NCBI GenBank assembly: GCA_001940855.1
Contig: MSGS01000044.1
Coordinates: forward strand, 20,215 to 84,214
Source of the DNA: Christensenellaceae bacterium Phil1
GTDB lineage: Bacteria > Bacillota > Clostridia > Christensenellales > CAG-138
Length of the DNA stretch: 64,000 nt
Reading direction: 5' to 3'
Position 1 is the stretch's first letter, and every line of letters starts with the position of its first letter. Of the stretch, positions 49,317 through 59,358 are shown in pieces. The translations under genes and the position numbers were made by a program. Below the pieces are notes generated by a model, which did not search any database, was not told where the DNA came from, and was given only the letters and a program-made list of their open reading frames with translations.

Positions 49317-50795
49317 TTATATCTTCTCCGCCACGCCGGTGCGGGCGTTGAACTCGGTTATAAGCTTATCCAGATCCTTGGCCTGTTCGTGTATGCCGGT
49401 CCAGTAATCATGGTCATACCACTGCGCGTTGAGCTCCTCAACGGTCTTGCCCTGCTGCTCTACCCAAGTATAGTACTTCAGGTTGTGTACGCGCTTGCGG
49501 TCGGCATAGGTCAGCTCCGCCATGTTATCCGTGCGGATACCATGCAGATGCTCGCTGAAGTCGCGCGCGGCGGTGAGCAGAGAATAGTTGCCCTGCTGCT
49601 CGTTCAGCTCCTTCACGCGGCTTTCGTACATAACGGCGCTGTCGGTAGCAACGGTGGCAACCACATCGTCGCCGGTAAGCTCATAGTACTTGGCGAACTT
49701 TATGCAGCAGAGCACGTTGGCTATGCCGCTTATGCCCAGCAGGGAAAGCTGCTCTATGGTCGCTTCGGGCACGCCTGCTACTTCCTTGAGGTACTTATGT
49801 CCTTCTTCGCTGTTGAACAGCCTGAGCAGGTTCTGGCTGTCCTCGTCGTCTATATCTATCACCATGTCGGTATTGCGCACGTTATGCACCCAAGGCACAT
49901 GCTTATCGCCAATGCCCTCTATGCGGTGCCCGCCGAAGCCGTTTTCAAGCAGCGTGGGGCACTGCAGCGCCTCTCCCACGGCAAGCTTGGAATACGGATA
50001 TTGCTCCTTGAGGTAATCGCCCGCGCTCATCGTGCCCGCGGAGCCGGACGTGAAGCACGCGCCCGCAAAGCGGCTGGTGGGGGTCTTTATGCTTTCGTAA
50101 GCTTCGGCTATGGCATGGCCGGTCACCTGATAGTGCCACAGCACGTTGCCCATTTCCTCGAACTGGTTGAATATTATAACGTCATCCCTGGTGCGCCTGA
50201 GCTCCCAGGTCTTGTCGAATATTTCCTTAACGTTGGATTCGCAGCCGGGCGTGGCAATAACCTCGCCGGCGATCTTTGAAAGCCATTCGAAGCGTTCGCG
50301 GCTCATTTCCGCGGGGAGTATGGCTATTGAATCGCAGCCGAGCAGCTTTGAGTTATATGCGCCGCCGCGGCAATAGTTGCCCGTGGAGGGCCAAACGGCC
50401 TTGTTATACGTTGGGTCGAACTGGCCGGTAACAAGGCGCGGTGCAAGGCAGCCGAAGCTTGCGCCTACCTTATGGCAGCCGGTGGGGAACCACTTGCCGC
50501 ACATTACTATTATGCGCGCGTCTACGCCGGTAAGCGCGGAGGGAAGCTCGATAAAGTTCACCCCGCCGAAACCGCCGCCCTGCATGGTGGGTTCATTATG
50601 CCAGCTTATCCTGAAAAGGTTCAGCGGGTTAACGTCCCACAGGCCGACGTTTTTAAGCGCCTTTTTAACGTTTTCCGGTATGAGGGCCGGGTTCTGCATC
50701 TGCGCAAAGGTAGGTATAAGTATGTTGCGTTCCTTGGCGCGGTCTATGGCGTGTTGCAGCCGTTCTTCGTGCATGGTAAGGTCTATCATGGTCAC
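49317..50795 (-). CDS. Fold-type II (tryptophan-synthase-beta-like) PLP-dependent enzyme, specific function unknown
   Basis: 492 aa. Cysteine-synthase-like core with a candidate PLP lysine in PTGCHKVGA and a glycine-rich loop TSGSAGT. Long extra N- and C-terminal regions. Confidence 0.65.
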   Translation of the reverse strand: MTMIDLTMHEERLQHAIDRAKERNILIPTFAQMQNPALIPENVKKALKNVGLWDVNPLNLFRISWHNEPTMQGGGFGGVNFIELPSALTGVDARIIVMCGKWFPTGCHKVGASFGCLAPRLVTGQFDPTYNKAVWPSTGNYCRGGAYNSKLLGCDSIAILPAEMSRERFEWLSKIAGEVIATPGCESNVKEIFDKTWELRRTRDDVIIFNQFEEMGNVLWHYQVTGHAIAEAYESIKTPTSRFAGACFTSGSAGTMSAGDYLKEQYPYSKLAVGEALQCPTLLENGFGGHRIEGIGDKHVPWVHNVRNTDMVIDIDDEDSQNLLRLFNSEEGHKYLKEVAGVPEATIEQLSLLGISGIANVLCCIKFAKYYELTGDDVVATVATDSAVMYESRVKELNEQQGNYSLLTAARDFSEHLHGIRTDNMAELTYADRKRVHNLKYYTWVEQQGKTVEELNAQWYDHDYWTGIHEQAKDLDKLITEFNARTGVAEKI

Positions 50796-50918
50796 TCTCC
50801 GCTTTTATAGTATTTTAGGGAATTTCCTATCCCAATTTTATTGCTTTTGCGCCGGATTGTAAACCCTTATGCGCGTTTTGCTCAAAATATTTTTGGCAAA
50901 CTTAATATTTTTGTTGAA

Positions 50919-52199
50919 TCAGTCCGTCATGGCGCGTATTTCTTCTTCCGTGGGCGGTTTATCGCGCATGCCGAGCGCATAGCGCTTCTGCTCCACGCGG
51001 CGGTTCACCCATTCGGATATGAGCGTATACAGCACCGCCATCACCGGCACGCACAGTATTACCCCCGCTATGCCGAAAAGCCCGCCGCCGAGTATTACCG
51101 CTATCATCACCCATATTCCCGAAAGGCCCACAGCCCCGCCGACCACGCGCGGGTACACCAAATTGGCCTCCAGTTGCTGCACAACAAGCAGCGCTATTAT
51201 GAACCATACCGTCATCGGCGGATCGGTCACAAGTATTATCAGCGCGCCCACCGCGCCGGAGCACCACGGCCCGATTATCGGCACCATCTGCGTTATGCCC
51301 ACAATAACGCTTATCAGCAGCGCATAGGGCATGGAGAACAGCCGCATGGCTATGAACGTCATAACGCCGAGAATGGTGCATTCTATTATCATGCCGTAAA
51401 AATATTGGTTCAGCGTTTTGTTCGCGCGGGAGCATATATCGAGCATATTCGTGGCTGTCTTGTCGCTGAAAACGGCCACGATAAGCTTTTTGAACTGGAA
51501 CATCAGCTTTTCCTTGTTATACAGCGCGTATACGCTTATTACCACCGCCAGCAGCAGATCCACCGCGAAGGACACAACGCTGAACGTGAAGCGCAATATT
51601 CCCTCCGCCGCAGTGCTGACGTAGTTTTTCATATGCGTCAATATATCCTGCCCAAAGTCGCGTATTATCTCCTCCGCCTCGGCCGCAAGGTCTATCCTGT
51701 CCCATACGGAGGCGGCCCAGGACGTGAGCCCCGCAATATAGCCATCGAACCCGGCGGCAAGCGTTGTTATGCTCTCCGCCGCCTTGGGGATAATCAGCAG
51801 CAGCACCGCCGCTATCACCGCAAAAACAAACAGCATCGCAAGCGTAAGACAAAGGCCGCGCTTTAAGCCGAGTTTCTTTTTATCCCATTTTTTGAACACC
51901 CTGTTTTCAAGGAAGCGCATGGGCATGTTTGCCAAAAAGGCTATCGCAATGGCGATGAATACGGGCGTAAGCAGCGCAAAGAAGCCCTTTACGGACTTCA
52001 TTACCGCCGGAAAATGCTCCAGCAGCTCATAAAGCAGTATGCCGAACGCTACGACCGATATGGGCCGCCGTGCGCTGCGCCAAATTATTGCAAGCTTATC
52101 CGCGCTTTGCTTTTCCGTTTCCCGGTTTTCCTGCGTGTTCTCCCACGGCTCCGCCTTGGGCTTAGCATCGCTCTTGGTCTTATTGGGCTGTTTTTTCAT
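50919..52199 (-). CDS. AI-2E (PerM/UPF0118) family transporter
   Basis: 426 aa with about 8 TM helices. Typical C-terminal segment GLFGIAGVILCVPVMAV. Confidence 0.85.
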   Translation of the reverse strand: MKKQPNKTKSDAKPKAEPWENTQENRETEKQSADKLAIIWRSARRPISVVAFGILLYELLEHFPAVMKSVKGFFALLTPVFIAIAIAFLANMPMRFLENRVFKKWDKKKLGLKRGLCLTLAMLFVFAVIAAVLLLIIPKAAESITTLAAGFDGYIAGLTSWAASVWDRIDLAAEAEEIIRDFGQDILTHMKNYVSTAAEGILRFTFSVVSFAVDLLLAVVISVYALYNKEKLMFQFKKLIVAVFSDKTATNMLDICSRANKTLNQYFYGMIIECTILGVMTFIAMRLFSMPYALLISVIVGITQMVPIIGPWCSGAVGALIILVTDPPMTVWFIIALLVVQQLEANLVYPRVVGGAVGLSGIWVMIAVILGGGLFGIAGVILCVPVMAVLYTLISEWVNRRVEQKRYALGMRDKPPTEEEIRAMTD

Positions 52200-52202
52200 T
52201 CA

Positions 52203-52610
52203 TTATCCTCGCGCCGCAACAACATCGAATTCAACCTCGGGCAGCCGCCTTTGCAGCCGCATCACGAGCGGCTCCTTACCGCTCGGGCGGCCCGCCGCGC
52301 CCAGCACGATTATGTTCGCATCCTTATCCTTTGCAAAGTCCACCAGCGCGTCCTCAACATCCTCGCTGCGGATTAGCGAAAGCTCCGCGCCCGCTATCTG
52401 CGCCGCGGTAAAAAGATACTCTATCGCGTCTGATTCAAACGGCGTGTTCAAAAAATTCCTGCCCGTTTCCACGCAATGCACAACGTGCACGCTGCTGCCC
52501 TGCCCCGCGCGCTCAAGCCCACGGGCGATTAGCTGATCGCAGCTCCTTTGCCCCGTTACGCATACCATTATCACTTTGTTAGCGGCATTATCCTGCGCTG
52601 TGTTCTTCAT
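52203..52610 (-). CDS. Universal-stress-protein-like (USP/adenine-nucleotide alpha-hydrolase fold) protein
   Basis: 135 aa. VIMVCVTG ... ANIIVLGAAGR pattern. The start overlaps the LOG gene end by 23 nt (alternative ATG at 52568). Confidence 0.6.
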   Translation of the reverse strand: MKNTAQDNAANKVIMVCVTGQRSCDQLIARGLERAGQGSSVHVVHCVETGRNFLNTPFESDAIEYLFTAAQIAGAELSLIRSEDVEDALVDFAKDKDANIIVLGAAGRPSGKEPLVMRLQRRLPEVEFDVVAARG

Positions 52611-53193
52611 GTCCCTTCACCGCTTCCTTTATCTTATCCGGCAGCTTTGCCTTCCTGAATCCTATCAGTTTTTCTATTGCCTCTTCCGGCGTGGCAGCCA
52701 CGCTGAACAGCTTCAGGTACTCCGTGTGCATAAAGCCCGCCTTGGCAAGCGCATCAAACTGGGCCAGCAGATTATCGTAAAACCCATCCTGATTGAATAT
52801 TACGACCGGCGCGTCAATATAGCCGAGCTGATTGAGCGTAAGCACCTCCATCAGTTCCTCAAGCGTGCCTACGCCGCCCGGCAGCGTTACAAAGCCGCTG
52901 CTCAGCCGCTCCATGGTGGCCTTGCGCTCATGCATATCCTTTGTGACTATCATTTCGCTGCAATGTTCAAACGGTATGCCCGGCTGGTTCAGCTTTTCGG
53001 GTATAACGCCGACTATCCTGCCGCCCTTTGAATACACCCCGCGTGCGCATGCGCCCATAAGCCCCGTGCGCCCGCCGCCGAATATAAGATCGAGCCCATG
53101 CTCCGCAAGGCAGCGGCCGAAGCTTTCCGCCGCGGCTATATATTTATCGTCAATATTGGGCGAGGACGCCGCAAATATGCATATGCCGGCCAT
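52588..53193 (-). CDS. LOG family (TIGR00730) nucleotide phosphoribohydrolase
   Basis: 201 aa. GGGRTGLMG and the signature PGGVGTLEEL. Confidence 0.88.
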   Translation of the reverse strand: MAGICIFAASSPNIDDKYIAAAESFGRCLAEHGLDLIFGGGRTGLMGACARGVYSKGGRIVGVIPEKLNQPGIPFEHCSEMIVTKDMHERKATMERLSSGFVTLPGGVGTLEELMEVLTLNQLGYIDAPVVIFNQDGFYDNLLAQFDALAKAGFMHTEYLKLFSVAATPEEAIEKLIGFRKAKLPDKIKEAVKGHEEHSAG

Positions 53194-53263
53194 TGGTGTA
53201 TATCCCCCGTATCATCATTATTTCATAACTAAGTATACCATCTAACGGCCAAGTGTTAAAGTA

Positions 53264-54706
53264 TCAAAACTGGGCATTTTTGTGACAGGAGGAAAACCGC
53301 GCCACTATTGCGCTCATGTCGTCCCGCACGCTTACCCCGCCCGCACGCGCAATAAGGGTGCGCGCCGCGCTCTCTGGCGTGTCCGCGTGCAGCACGGCGT
53401 CCTGCATGGCGGCATAAAGCCCGCTGCCGAGCGCATCGCTCAGCCCGTCCGTCATAAGCACCAGCGTATCCCCCGCGCTGAGCCGCGTTTTCCTTATGCC
53501 CACGCTTGTTTCCTTCAGTATGCCCAGCGGCGGCGCTTCCGCATAAAGCGGGCGTATGCGCCCGTTACGGATAAGGAATGCGGGTGGGGCGCTCTGCTTC
53601 AATATTGTCGCTTCCCCCGTTGAAAGGTCTATTCTTATCGCGTCCAGCGTTGCATAAAGCTCGTCCGTGTTTCTTGAATACAGCAGTTCGTTTATGCTGC
53701 GCACAGCATCCTCCTCGCCAAAGCCTATTGATATAAGCTCGCCGTACATTGCCACGGCGCATTGGCTTTCCCTGTGCGCGGCAACGCCGGAGCCCATGCC
53801 GTCGCTCAATATAAGCAGCAGCTCGTGCCCAACGCGGCGTATGGCCATGGCGTCGCCGTTTGATGGGCTTTTTGCCATTGCCGCCGCGGCGCAGCCCGCC
53901 TGCGCGCTTAAATATGCCCTGCGGCCGCCGCTCGGCATACTGATGCGCTCCATGGCATTGCCTATTCCGCCCATATATGCGCTATGCGGTGAATATGCCG
54001 CCAGCTCCCGCGCAACCGCTGCCGCATCGCGCAGCTTCAGCCGCGTCATGCTCAGCTCCCTTGTTGCGAACCTGCCCGCGCGGCAGAGGCCGAACGCGCA
54101 CATAAGCGCCGTGAGCAGCGGTATCACGGCGGCAACCGCCCCGCCGAGCGCCGCGCATATGCCAACCACCGCACAAAGCATTATTACCGCCGCCGTTTCC
54201 GCCCGCCTGAGCCGCTTGCCCCGAATATATGCCCACAGCGCGCCCCACGCGCGGCACAGCACCGCCGATAGCGGCACAGTCAAAAGCAGCGCGCCCATGC
54301 CCAGCATGAATGCATAGCGGTTATTTGCATACACAACGCAAAGCGGCACCGCCTGCGCGATAAGCGGCGCTATTATCCGCACGCAAACGGGCGTTTCCTC
54401 CCCGTGCGCCTCTTTGAGCGCGCCGAACACTATCGCCGCGCCAGCAAGCATCATGCAGGCAAAAACGCTCATTGTGCTTTTTGCATACGCCGCGCCCAGT
54501 ATTGCCGCAGCCATGGCGTACCCCGGCGTATCCGACCCAAGCCACATTGCCGCGCATGTCGCCGCAGCGAACGGGGAGCAGCCGTACCTGCCCGCGGATG
54601 CCATTATAAAGGCGCAGCTTGCCTCTATCCCCCTCCTTGCCCAGTCGCCTTCGTCCCGCGCGGACAGCATACGCACGGCCATTGCCCTTATTCCGTTCGC
54701 TTCCAT
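53264..54706 (-). CDS. SpoIIE-family PP2C phosphatase with a polytopic membrane N-terminal half
   Basis: 480 aa. About 230 aa of TM helices, then a PP2C/SpoIIE catalytic domain (LLILSDGMGSG ... LVLMTDGLSD). Confidence 0.8.
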   Translation of the reverse strand: MEANGIRAMAVRMLSARDEGDWARRGIEASCAFIMASAGRYGCSPFAAATCAAMWLGSDTPGYAMAAAILGAAYAKSTMSVFACMMLAGAAIVFGALKEAHGEETPVCVRIIAPLIAQAVPLCVVYANNRYAFMLGMGALLLTVPLSAVLCRAWGALWAYIRGKRLRRAETAAVIMLCAVVGICAALGGAVAAVIPLLTALMCAFGLCRAGRFATRELSMTRLKLRDAAAVARELAAYSPHSAYMGGIGNAMERISMPSGGRRAYLSAQAGCAAAAMAKSPSNGDAMAIRRVGHELLLILSDGMGSGVAAHRESQCAVAMYGELISIGFGEEDAVRSINELLYSRNTDELYATLDAIRIDLSTGEATILKQSAPPAFLIRNGRIRPLYAEAPPLGILKETSVGIRKTRLSAGDTLVLMTDGLSDALGSGLYAAMQDAVLHADTPESAARTLIARAGGVSVRDDMSAIVARFSSCHKNAQF

Positions 54707-54877
54707 GGCTTGTCCCTCCCTGCATAAAACAATTACTGCATTTATATTAGCGTAACGTCGGCCTTATTTTTGTAGAATCTCCGCCGTGCTTTTTGGCGAA
54801 GTGTGCAGAATGGAGGCAATATGCGGATATTATTACATTATGCATATCCTAAGGGCGATATTCCCGCCGTCCGAAAA

Positions 54878-54912
54878 AAAGCTGACGGGGGGGATGCCCG
54901 TCAGGTATGTTT
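54878..54912 (-). terminator. Intrinsic terminator after the Ser/Thr kinase gene
   Basis: Minus strand: CTGACGGG-catccc-CCCGTCAG followed by CTTTTTTT. Coordinates approximate. Confidence 0.65.
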
Positions 54913-54933
54913 TTTAATGCTTTATTATTTGCT

Positions 54934-56889
54934 TTATTTATATATTATGTTTACCGTATCGCTCTGGTAAGAATCGTTCATGAAAAAATCCGCGCCTTCC
55001 TCCACAACTATGCTTGTGTTATCGCTGGGATATACTCCCATGCCGTTTATCCATAGCTTGCCGCCGTTTTTGACGGTAAGCGTGCTGTTCTGAACAAGGC
55101 ATAGCGTTGTGTTCGCCCCCATTTCCAGCGAACCGCCGGCTTCTATATTCACGTTTTCAAATATCTCCACGTTCACATAACCTTTGGTGTCAAACTTTAC
55201 AGCATCACCATCGCCTATTGTCAGGTTTGTCAAATCAACTATGCCATTCTGTGCGTAGTCAAGATAGTCGCATATATATTGGACGTCCTCGATTTGATTC
55301 ACATTTTTGAAATCCGCCATGGTTATCCGCCTTGCTTTTATTTTATCCATCTGTTTTATCGGAAAAACATTGTTTTCTATGTAGTCGGTAATATTTTCAT
55401 TGATTACATTATCGTATATTGTAAGGTAAATATAGCGCACATCTATATCGTCAAATTCAACACTTGCAAGATCATCAAATTCCACCTTGCCGCGGCGTTT
55501 AACACCATCGTGTATTATTTCCAGCACAGGCCCGTTGCCGAATTCTTCGCCGCGCTCAAAGCGTATTTCAGTATTCTTACCAACACTAAGCGTTCCGCTT
55601 AAATATATCTTCTCGAACCTTGTTTTTCCGCCATCGCTTATGGTACTCCTGCCAAGGTTCAGCGTTGCGCCGTCATCTATGCGCACTGTGGAGCCTGTTC
55701 TTATGTTTATCTGGCCGTAATTATTAAGACTTATGCCATTTGGCACGGTAAGCGTCATTGAACGGGCTAACAGCATTTCGATATTCGGCCAGACTATAAG
55801 GTCGCGCTCAAGCGTCATATCCTCGGTAAGCTCTATTGTATATACGGTATGCGGATCGTTGCTTGCGCGGTTATATGCTTTGTAAAACTCCGCCTCTGAG
55901 CGGGTGGTTATAACGTCCGCCTTCTGAGCATCGGGGTCAAAGTGCATGTTGAGCAATCCGTCCGATACGGCCTTGGCAACCACCTTTGGCGTAACCGTAG
56001 GGTACGGAACAGCCGTAAGGTCTGTCACGTCTATCGTTGCCTCCGGCGTTGCATCGGCGTTCGCCTCCTGCACGGGAGTGGGTTCGGCGGAAGCGGGTAC
56101 ATCCGCGTTCGCGCTTGCACCGGCGCTTGCAAAAAGCGTGCAGGCAAGTGCAACGCAGCCCGCCGCCGCGGCAATGCCCAGCGCCCATGCGCCTATTTGT
56201 ATATGCTTTTTATATTTTGCCATGCGCAGCGCCGTTTTCATGGCCTTTGCGCTCTGGTATCTGTTCTGCGGCTCAAGCTGCGTGCAGCGGGCGGCAACGG
56301 CGTTATATGCCTTTGCCTCTTCGCCGAAGCGCGCCATCAAAACGTGCAGCACCGTGCCCGCGGCGTATATATCCGTGCGCGCGTCGCTTTGGTTAAAGCC
56401 GTATTGCTCAGGCGCCGCATAGCCGCGCGTGCCAATCTGCTCCGTGTCGCATGGTTTGCCGTCCTTAAACAGCCTTGCCGCGCCAAGGTCGATAAGCTTC
56501 AATACGCCCCCGTTTGAAATTATAATGTTTTCGGGCTTGATATCCCTATGCACCACGCAGGGCTGCATGGCATGCAGCGCGCCCATTGCGGCGCAAAGCT
56601 GCTCCATCCATTCTTCCGCCTGCGCAATGGCATATGTACCCTCGTGAACTATATCCTCCAGCGTTTCGCCTTCAATATATTCATAATAGGCAAAGCATTC
56701 CCCCTCGTACTCTTCGGTTTCGTAAACCCTGGGCAGGTTCGCCTGCTCCACGCTTTTCAGCCGCTCATATACCCCCAGCAGCTCTGCGCGCAGCTTTTTC
56801 CGCACGGCGACCGTTCCCGTTTCCGCGTCTTTTACCAGCGCAATATCAGGGCCTTTCAGATAGCCAATGGTATCGTAAGATAAAAACAT
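54934..56889 (-). CDS. Hanks-type Ser/Thr protein kinase with one TM and a large non-PASTA extracellular domain
   Basis: 651 aa. Catalytic loop HRDIKPENI, DLGAAR, GTRGYAAPE. TM helix IQIGAWALGIAAAAGCVALACTLFA. About 390 aa of Asn/Thr/Ile-rich C-terminal domain with beta-helix-like repeats. Confidence 0.9.
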   Translation of the reverse strand: MFLSYDTIGYLKGPDIALVKDAETGTVAVRKKLRAELLGVYERLKSVEQANLPRVYETEEYEGECFAYYEYIEGETLEDIVHEGTYAIAQAEEWMEQLCAAMGALHAMQPCVVHRDIKPENIIISNGGVLKLIDLGAARLFKDGKPCDTEQIGTRGYAAPEQYGFNQSDARTDIYAAGTVLHVLMARFGEEAKAYNAVAARCTQLEPQNRYQSAKAMKTALRMAKYKKHIQIGAWALGIAAAAGCVALACTLFASAGASANADVPASAEPTPVQEANADATPEATIDVTDLTAVPYPTVTPKVVAKAVSDGLLNMHFDPDAQKADVITTRSEAEFYKAYNRASNDPHTVYTIELTEDMTLERDLIVWPNIEMLLARSMTLTVPNGISLNNYGQINIRTGSTVRIDDGATLNLGRSTISDGGKTRFEKIYLSGTLSVGKNTEIRFERGEEFGNGPVLEIIHDGVKRRGKVEFDDLASVEFDDIDVRYIYLTIYDNVINENITDYIENNVFPIKQMDKIKARRITMADFKNVNQIEDVQYICDYLDYAQNGIVDLTNLTIGDGDAVKFDTKGYVNVEIFENVNIEAGGSLEMGANTTLCLVQNSTLTVKNGGKLWINGMGVYPSDNTSIVVEEGADFFMNDSYQSDTVNIIYK

Positions 56890-56969
56890 TGATTTTCACC
56901 GCCAAATCAGTTATCATTATGTATGGTTATTACAGCTATTATTATAATGTATATAGTGGTGATTTGCAA

Positions 56970-57398
56970 ATGGGTTCTACAACAAAACGGCTTTGCGACG
57001 CGCTGCTCAACGCAGACAACATAGATTCTTACTTTGACAACAACGCCGACCATATAGACATAGGCGTTGACCTGAGCGAATTTTTGGAAGAAAAGCTGAA
57101 GGAAAGCGGGCTTACCTGCGCGGAGCTTTTCGCGCGAAGCTCAATAAACCCGTCCTATGGCTATCAGCTTCTTTCCGGCCTGCGCTCCCCCGCGCGGGAT
57201 ACGGCCGTTCAGCTTGCATTGGGCCTTGCCCTTGACGTTGACGATACTCAAAAACTGCTGCGCATGGCGAAGCTTGGCGCGCTTTATCCGCGGGACAGGC
57301 GGGACAGCATTATACTTTTCGCCATATCGAACGGCTTCACCCTGCCGCAAACCAATGAGCTGCTGTTCTCCCATTCGATGAACGGATTATCAAAGTAA
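56970..57398 (+). CDS. XRE-like helix-turn-helix protein
   Basis: 142 aa from ATG 56970; the track start 56586 runs antisense through the kinase gene. HTH-like segment LTCAELFARSSINPSYGYQLLSG. The RBS is weak. Confidence 0.6.
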   Translation: MGSTTKRLCDALLNADNIDSYFDNNADHIDIGVDLSEFLEEKLKESGLTCAELFARSSINPSYGYQLLSGLRSPARDTAVQLALGLALDVDDTQKLLRMAKLGALYPRDRRDSIILFAISNGFTLPQTNELLFSHSMNGLSK

Positions 57399-57497
57399 AC
57401 AAACTGTAATATTGATGACAAGTCGGGCTTATATGCTGTATAATAGCGTGTAAGCCCTTTTTAGCTGGCATACGAAAGAGTTTGGAGGCGAACTGAT

Positions 57498-58241
57498 TTG
57501 AAATATATCAAGCGGCTTTGCGCGGCGCTTGCCGCGGCAATGCTCATCACGCTCGTTGGCTGCAACGCGGCCGTAACAAGCCCCGTGCAGGGGGAAGAGG
57601 AGCTGGTCGCCGTGCCGGAGCGCACGCATACGCCCGCGCCCGTGCTCACGCCCGAGCCTACGCCAGAGCAGACGGCCGAGCCGGAACCGACCGAGGAGCC
57701 CGCGCCCAGCCCCACGCCGGACGACGGGCTGCCGTATTATCTTTACGTTGAGAAGGGTTCATTTACCCTTACCATATATGAAAAGGACGAAAACGGCGAA
57801 TATACCAAGGTATTCAGAACATACCGCATAGCTCACGGCGGCAACAAAACTCCCGCGGGGACTTATACCCTTGGCGGGGAGGAAGCGCGCGAACGCTGGC
57901 ACGATTTTCCGGACGGCGGCACCGTGCAGTACGCCACCCGCTACGAAGGCAGGTTGTATATCCATTCCCCGCTTTACGCAACAAGCGACCCCACGCAGAT
58001 GTGGCCCAAGTATTATAACGGGGACCACGGCATAGGCCTTGAATCGACCGGCGGCTGCCTTAGAATGGTTACGGAAGCGAGCAAATTCATATACGAAAAC
58101 TGCCCCGAAGGCACCACGCTTAAAATAGTCAACGGGTCGCCCCTCGGCACCACCAGCGAGGATATTCCCAGCCGCAACGGCCTTAGGATAGACCCCACGG
58201 ATTACGACACGCTCAGGGAAAAGGGCTACATCACGGACTGA
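57498..58241 (+). CDS. L,D-transpeptidase (YkuD domain) lipoprotein
   Basis: 247 aa. TTG start 9 nt after GGAGG. Lipobox LVGC, a Pro/Glu/Thr linker, and a YkuD catalytic segment HSP ... STGGCLRM. Confidence 0.88.
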   Translation: MKYIKRLCAALAAAMLITLVGCNAAVTSPVQGEEELVAVPERTHTPAPVLTPEPTPEQTAEPEPTEEPAPSPTPDDGLPYYLYVEKGSFTLTIYEKDENGEYTKVFRTYRIAHGGNKTPAGTYTLGGEEARERWHDFPDGGTVQYATRYEGRLYIHSPLYATSDPTQMWPKYYNGDHGIGLESTGGCLRMVTEASKFIYENCPEGTTLKIVNGSPLGTTSEDIPSRNGLRIDPTDYDTLREKGYITD

Positions 58242-58266
58242 TTTCACCCCGAAAGGAGGGCGCACC

Positions 58267-59358
58267 ATGAAGCGAACAATAAAATTGGCCGCGGGCATGC
58301 TATCGCTCCTTTTCGCCGCGCTGTGCATGGGCGGTTGCTTTGCCGCGCCCGATGCCAACACAGCGCCGCCCGTAAGCGTTGTTCCCACGGCGGGACCCAC
58401 CGCGCAGCCCACGGAGGCTCCCCTTCCCACGCCCACCGCTGAGCCTACGCCCGTTCCAACGCCTACACCAGATCCGGTGTATTACAAATGCCGCGTTAAC
58501 ACGCTCAACTGCCGCAGCAGCGCGGACAAATCGAGCGACGCGAACATAGTTTGCCAAATAGGGTACGAGGACAAAGGCGAATTTTTAGGCACGGAGGGCG
58601 AATTTACCCGCCTAAGGCTTGAGGACGGGCGGGAGGTATACTGCTACAGCGATTACCTTGTTGAACAAAGCGTGCAGCTTTATGCCTATCTTTCCCCAGA
58701 GACGGCGCAGAAGACAGACATTGCCACCGGCCAGCCGGTTTTTGAGGCGGATGGCGTTACCCCGGTTATGGTAAAGAACGAGCTTGTGGACATGCGGCTG
58801 TATCTTCCGGACGCGGTGTATGAACAGCTTTTCGCCACCGAGCGGAACATTACCGGCGCGCCGCTTTACTCCCGCGCCGTGCCGCTGATGCAGAAAGATA
58901 CGCTTACCAAGCTGATGAAGGCATACGACCGCTTCAAAGCGGACGGATACACGCTTAAGGTATACGATGCATACCGGCCCATAAGCGTGCAGCGGATACT
59001 TTTTAACATTGTTAAAAACAAGCATTGGATAGCCAATCCGGATACCACCGCCAGCAACCATAACCGCGGCTGCGCAATAGACATGTCCCTTATAATAGAC
59101 GCAACGGGGGAGGAGATGGAATTCCCCACGCCCATGCATACCTTTTCGGAGGAATCCGCCCGCACCTGCAAAACATGGAGCGACACGGCCCGCGCCAACG
59201 TGGACTACATTACCGAAGTTATGGCCGAATGCGGCTTTAACAGCATAAAGAGCGAATGGTGGCATTTTTCGGACACGGATTCAAAGAAGTTCATGACCAC
59301 CGATATAGATCTCGGCAGCCTTACAATGCTGCCCAAGCAGGAGGAAACCAACCAATGA
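58267..59358 (+). CDS. Exported SH3b-domain M15D (VanX/DdpX-like) D-Ala-D-Ala peptidase
   Basis: 363 aa. Signal peptide with lipobox-like MGGC, a Pro/Thr linker, and an SH3b-like segment. M15D motifs YDAYRP, SNHNRGCAIDM and EWWHF. Confidence 0.82.
   Translation: MKRTIKLAAGMLSLLFAALCMGGCFAAPDANTAPPVSVVPTAGPTAQPTEAPLPTPTAEPTPVPTPTPDPVYYKCRVNTLNCRSSADKSSDANIVCQIGYEDKGEFLGTEGEFTRLRLEDGREVYCYSDYLVEQSVQLYAYLSPETAQKTDIATGQPVFEADGVTPVMVKNELVDMRLYLPDAVYEQLFATERNITGAPLYSRAVPLMQKDTLTKLMKAYDRFKADGYTLKVYDAYRPISVQRILFNIVKNKHWIANPDTTASNHNRGCAIDMSLIIDATGEEMEFPTPMHTFSEESARTCKTWSDTARANVDYITEVMAECGFNSIKSEWWHFSDTDSKKFMTTDIDLGSLTMLPKQEETNQ

Noticed and set aside
53264-54706. Calling this gene the bona fide sporulation gene spoIIE.
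   Set aside because: It has only 480 aa versus about 800 aa for canonical SpoIIE, and the central regulatory region is missing. No spoIIA genes are nearby, so I kept only a family-level call.
58267-59358. A VanX homologue taken as evidence of a vancomycin-resistance (van) operon.
   Set aside because: There are no vanH, D-Ala-D-Lac/Ser ligase or vanRS genes nearby. The protein is exported and SH3b-fused, unlike resistance VanX.
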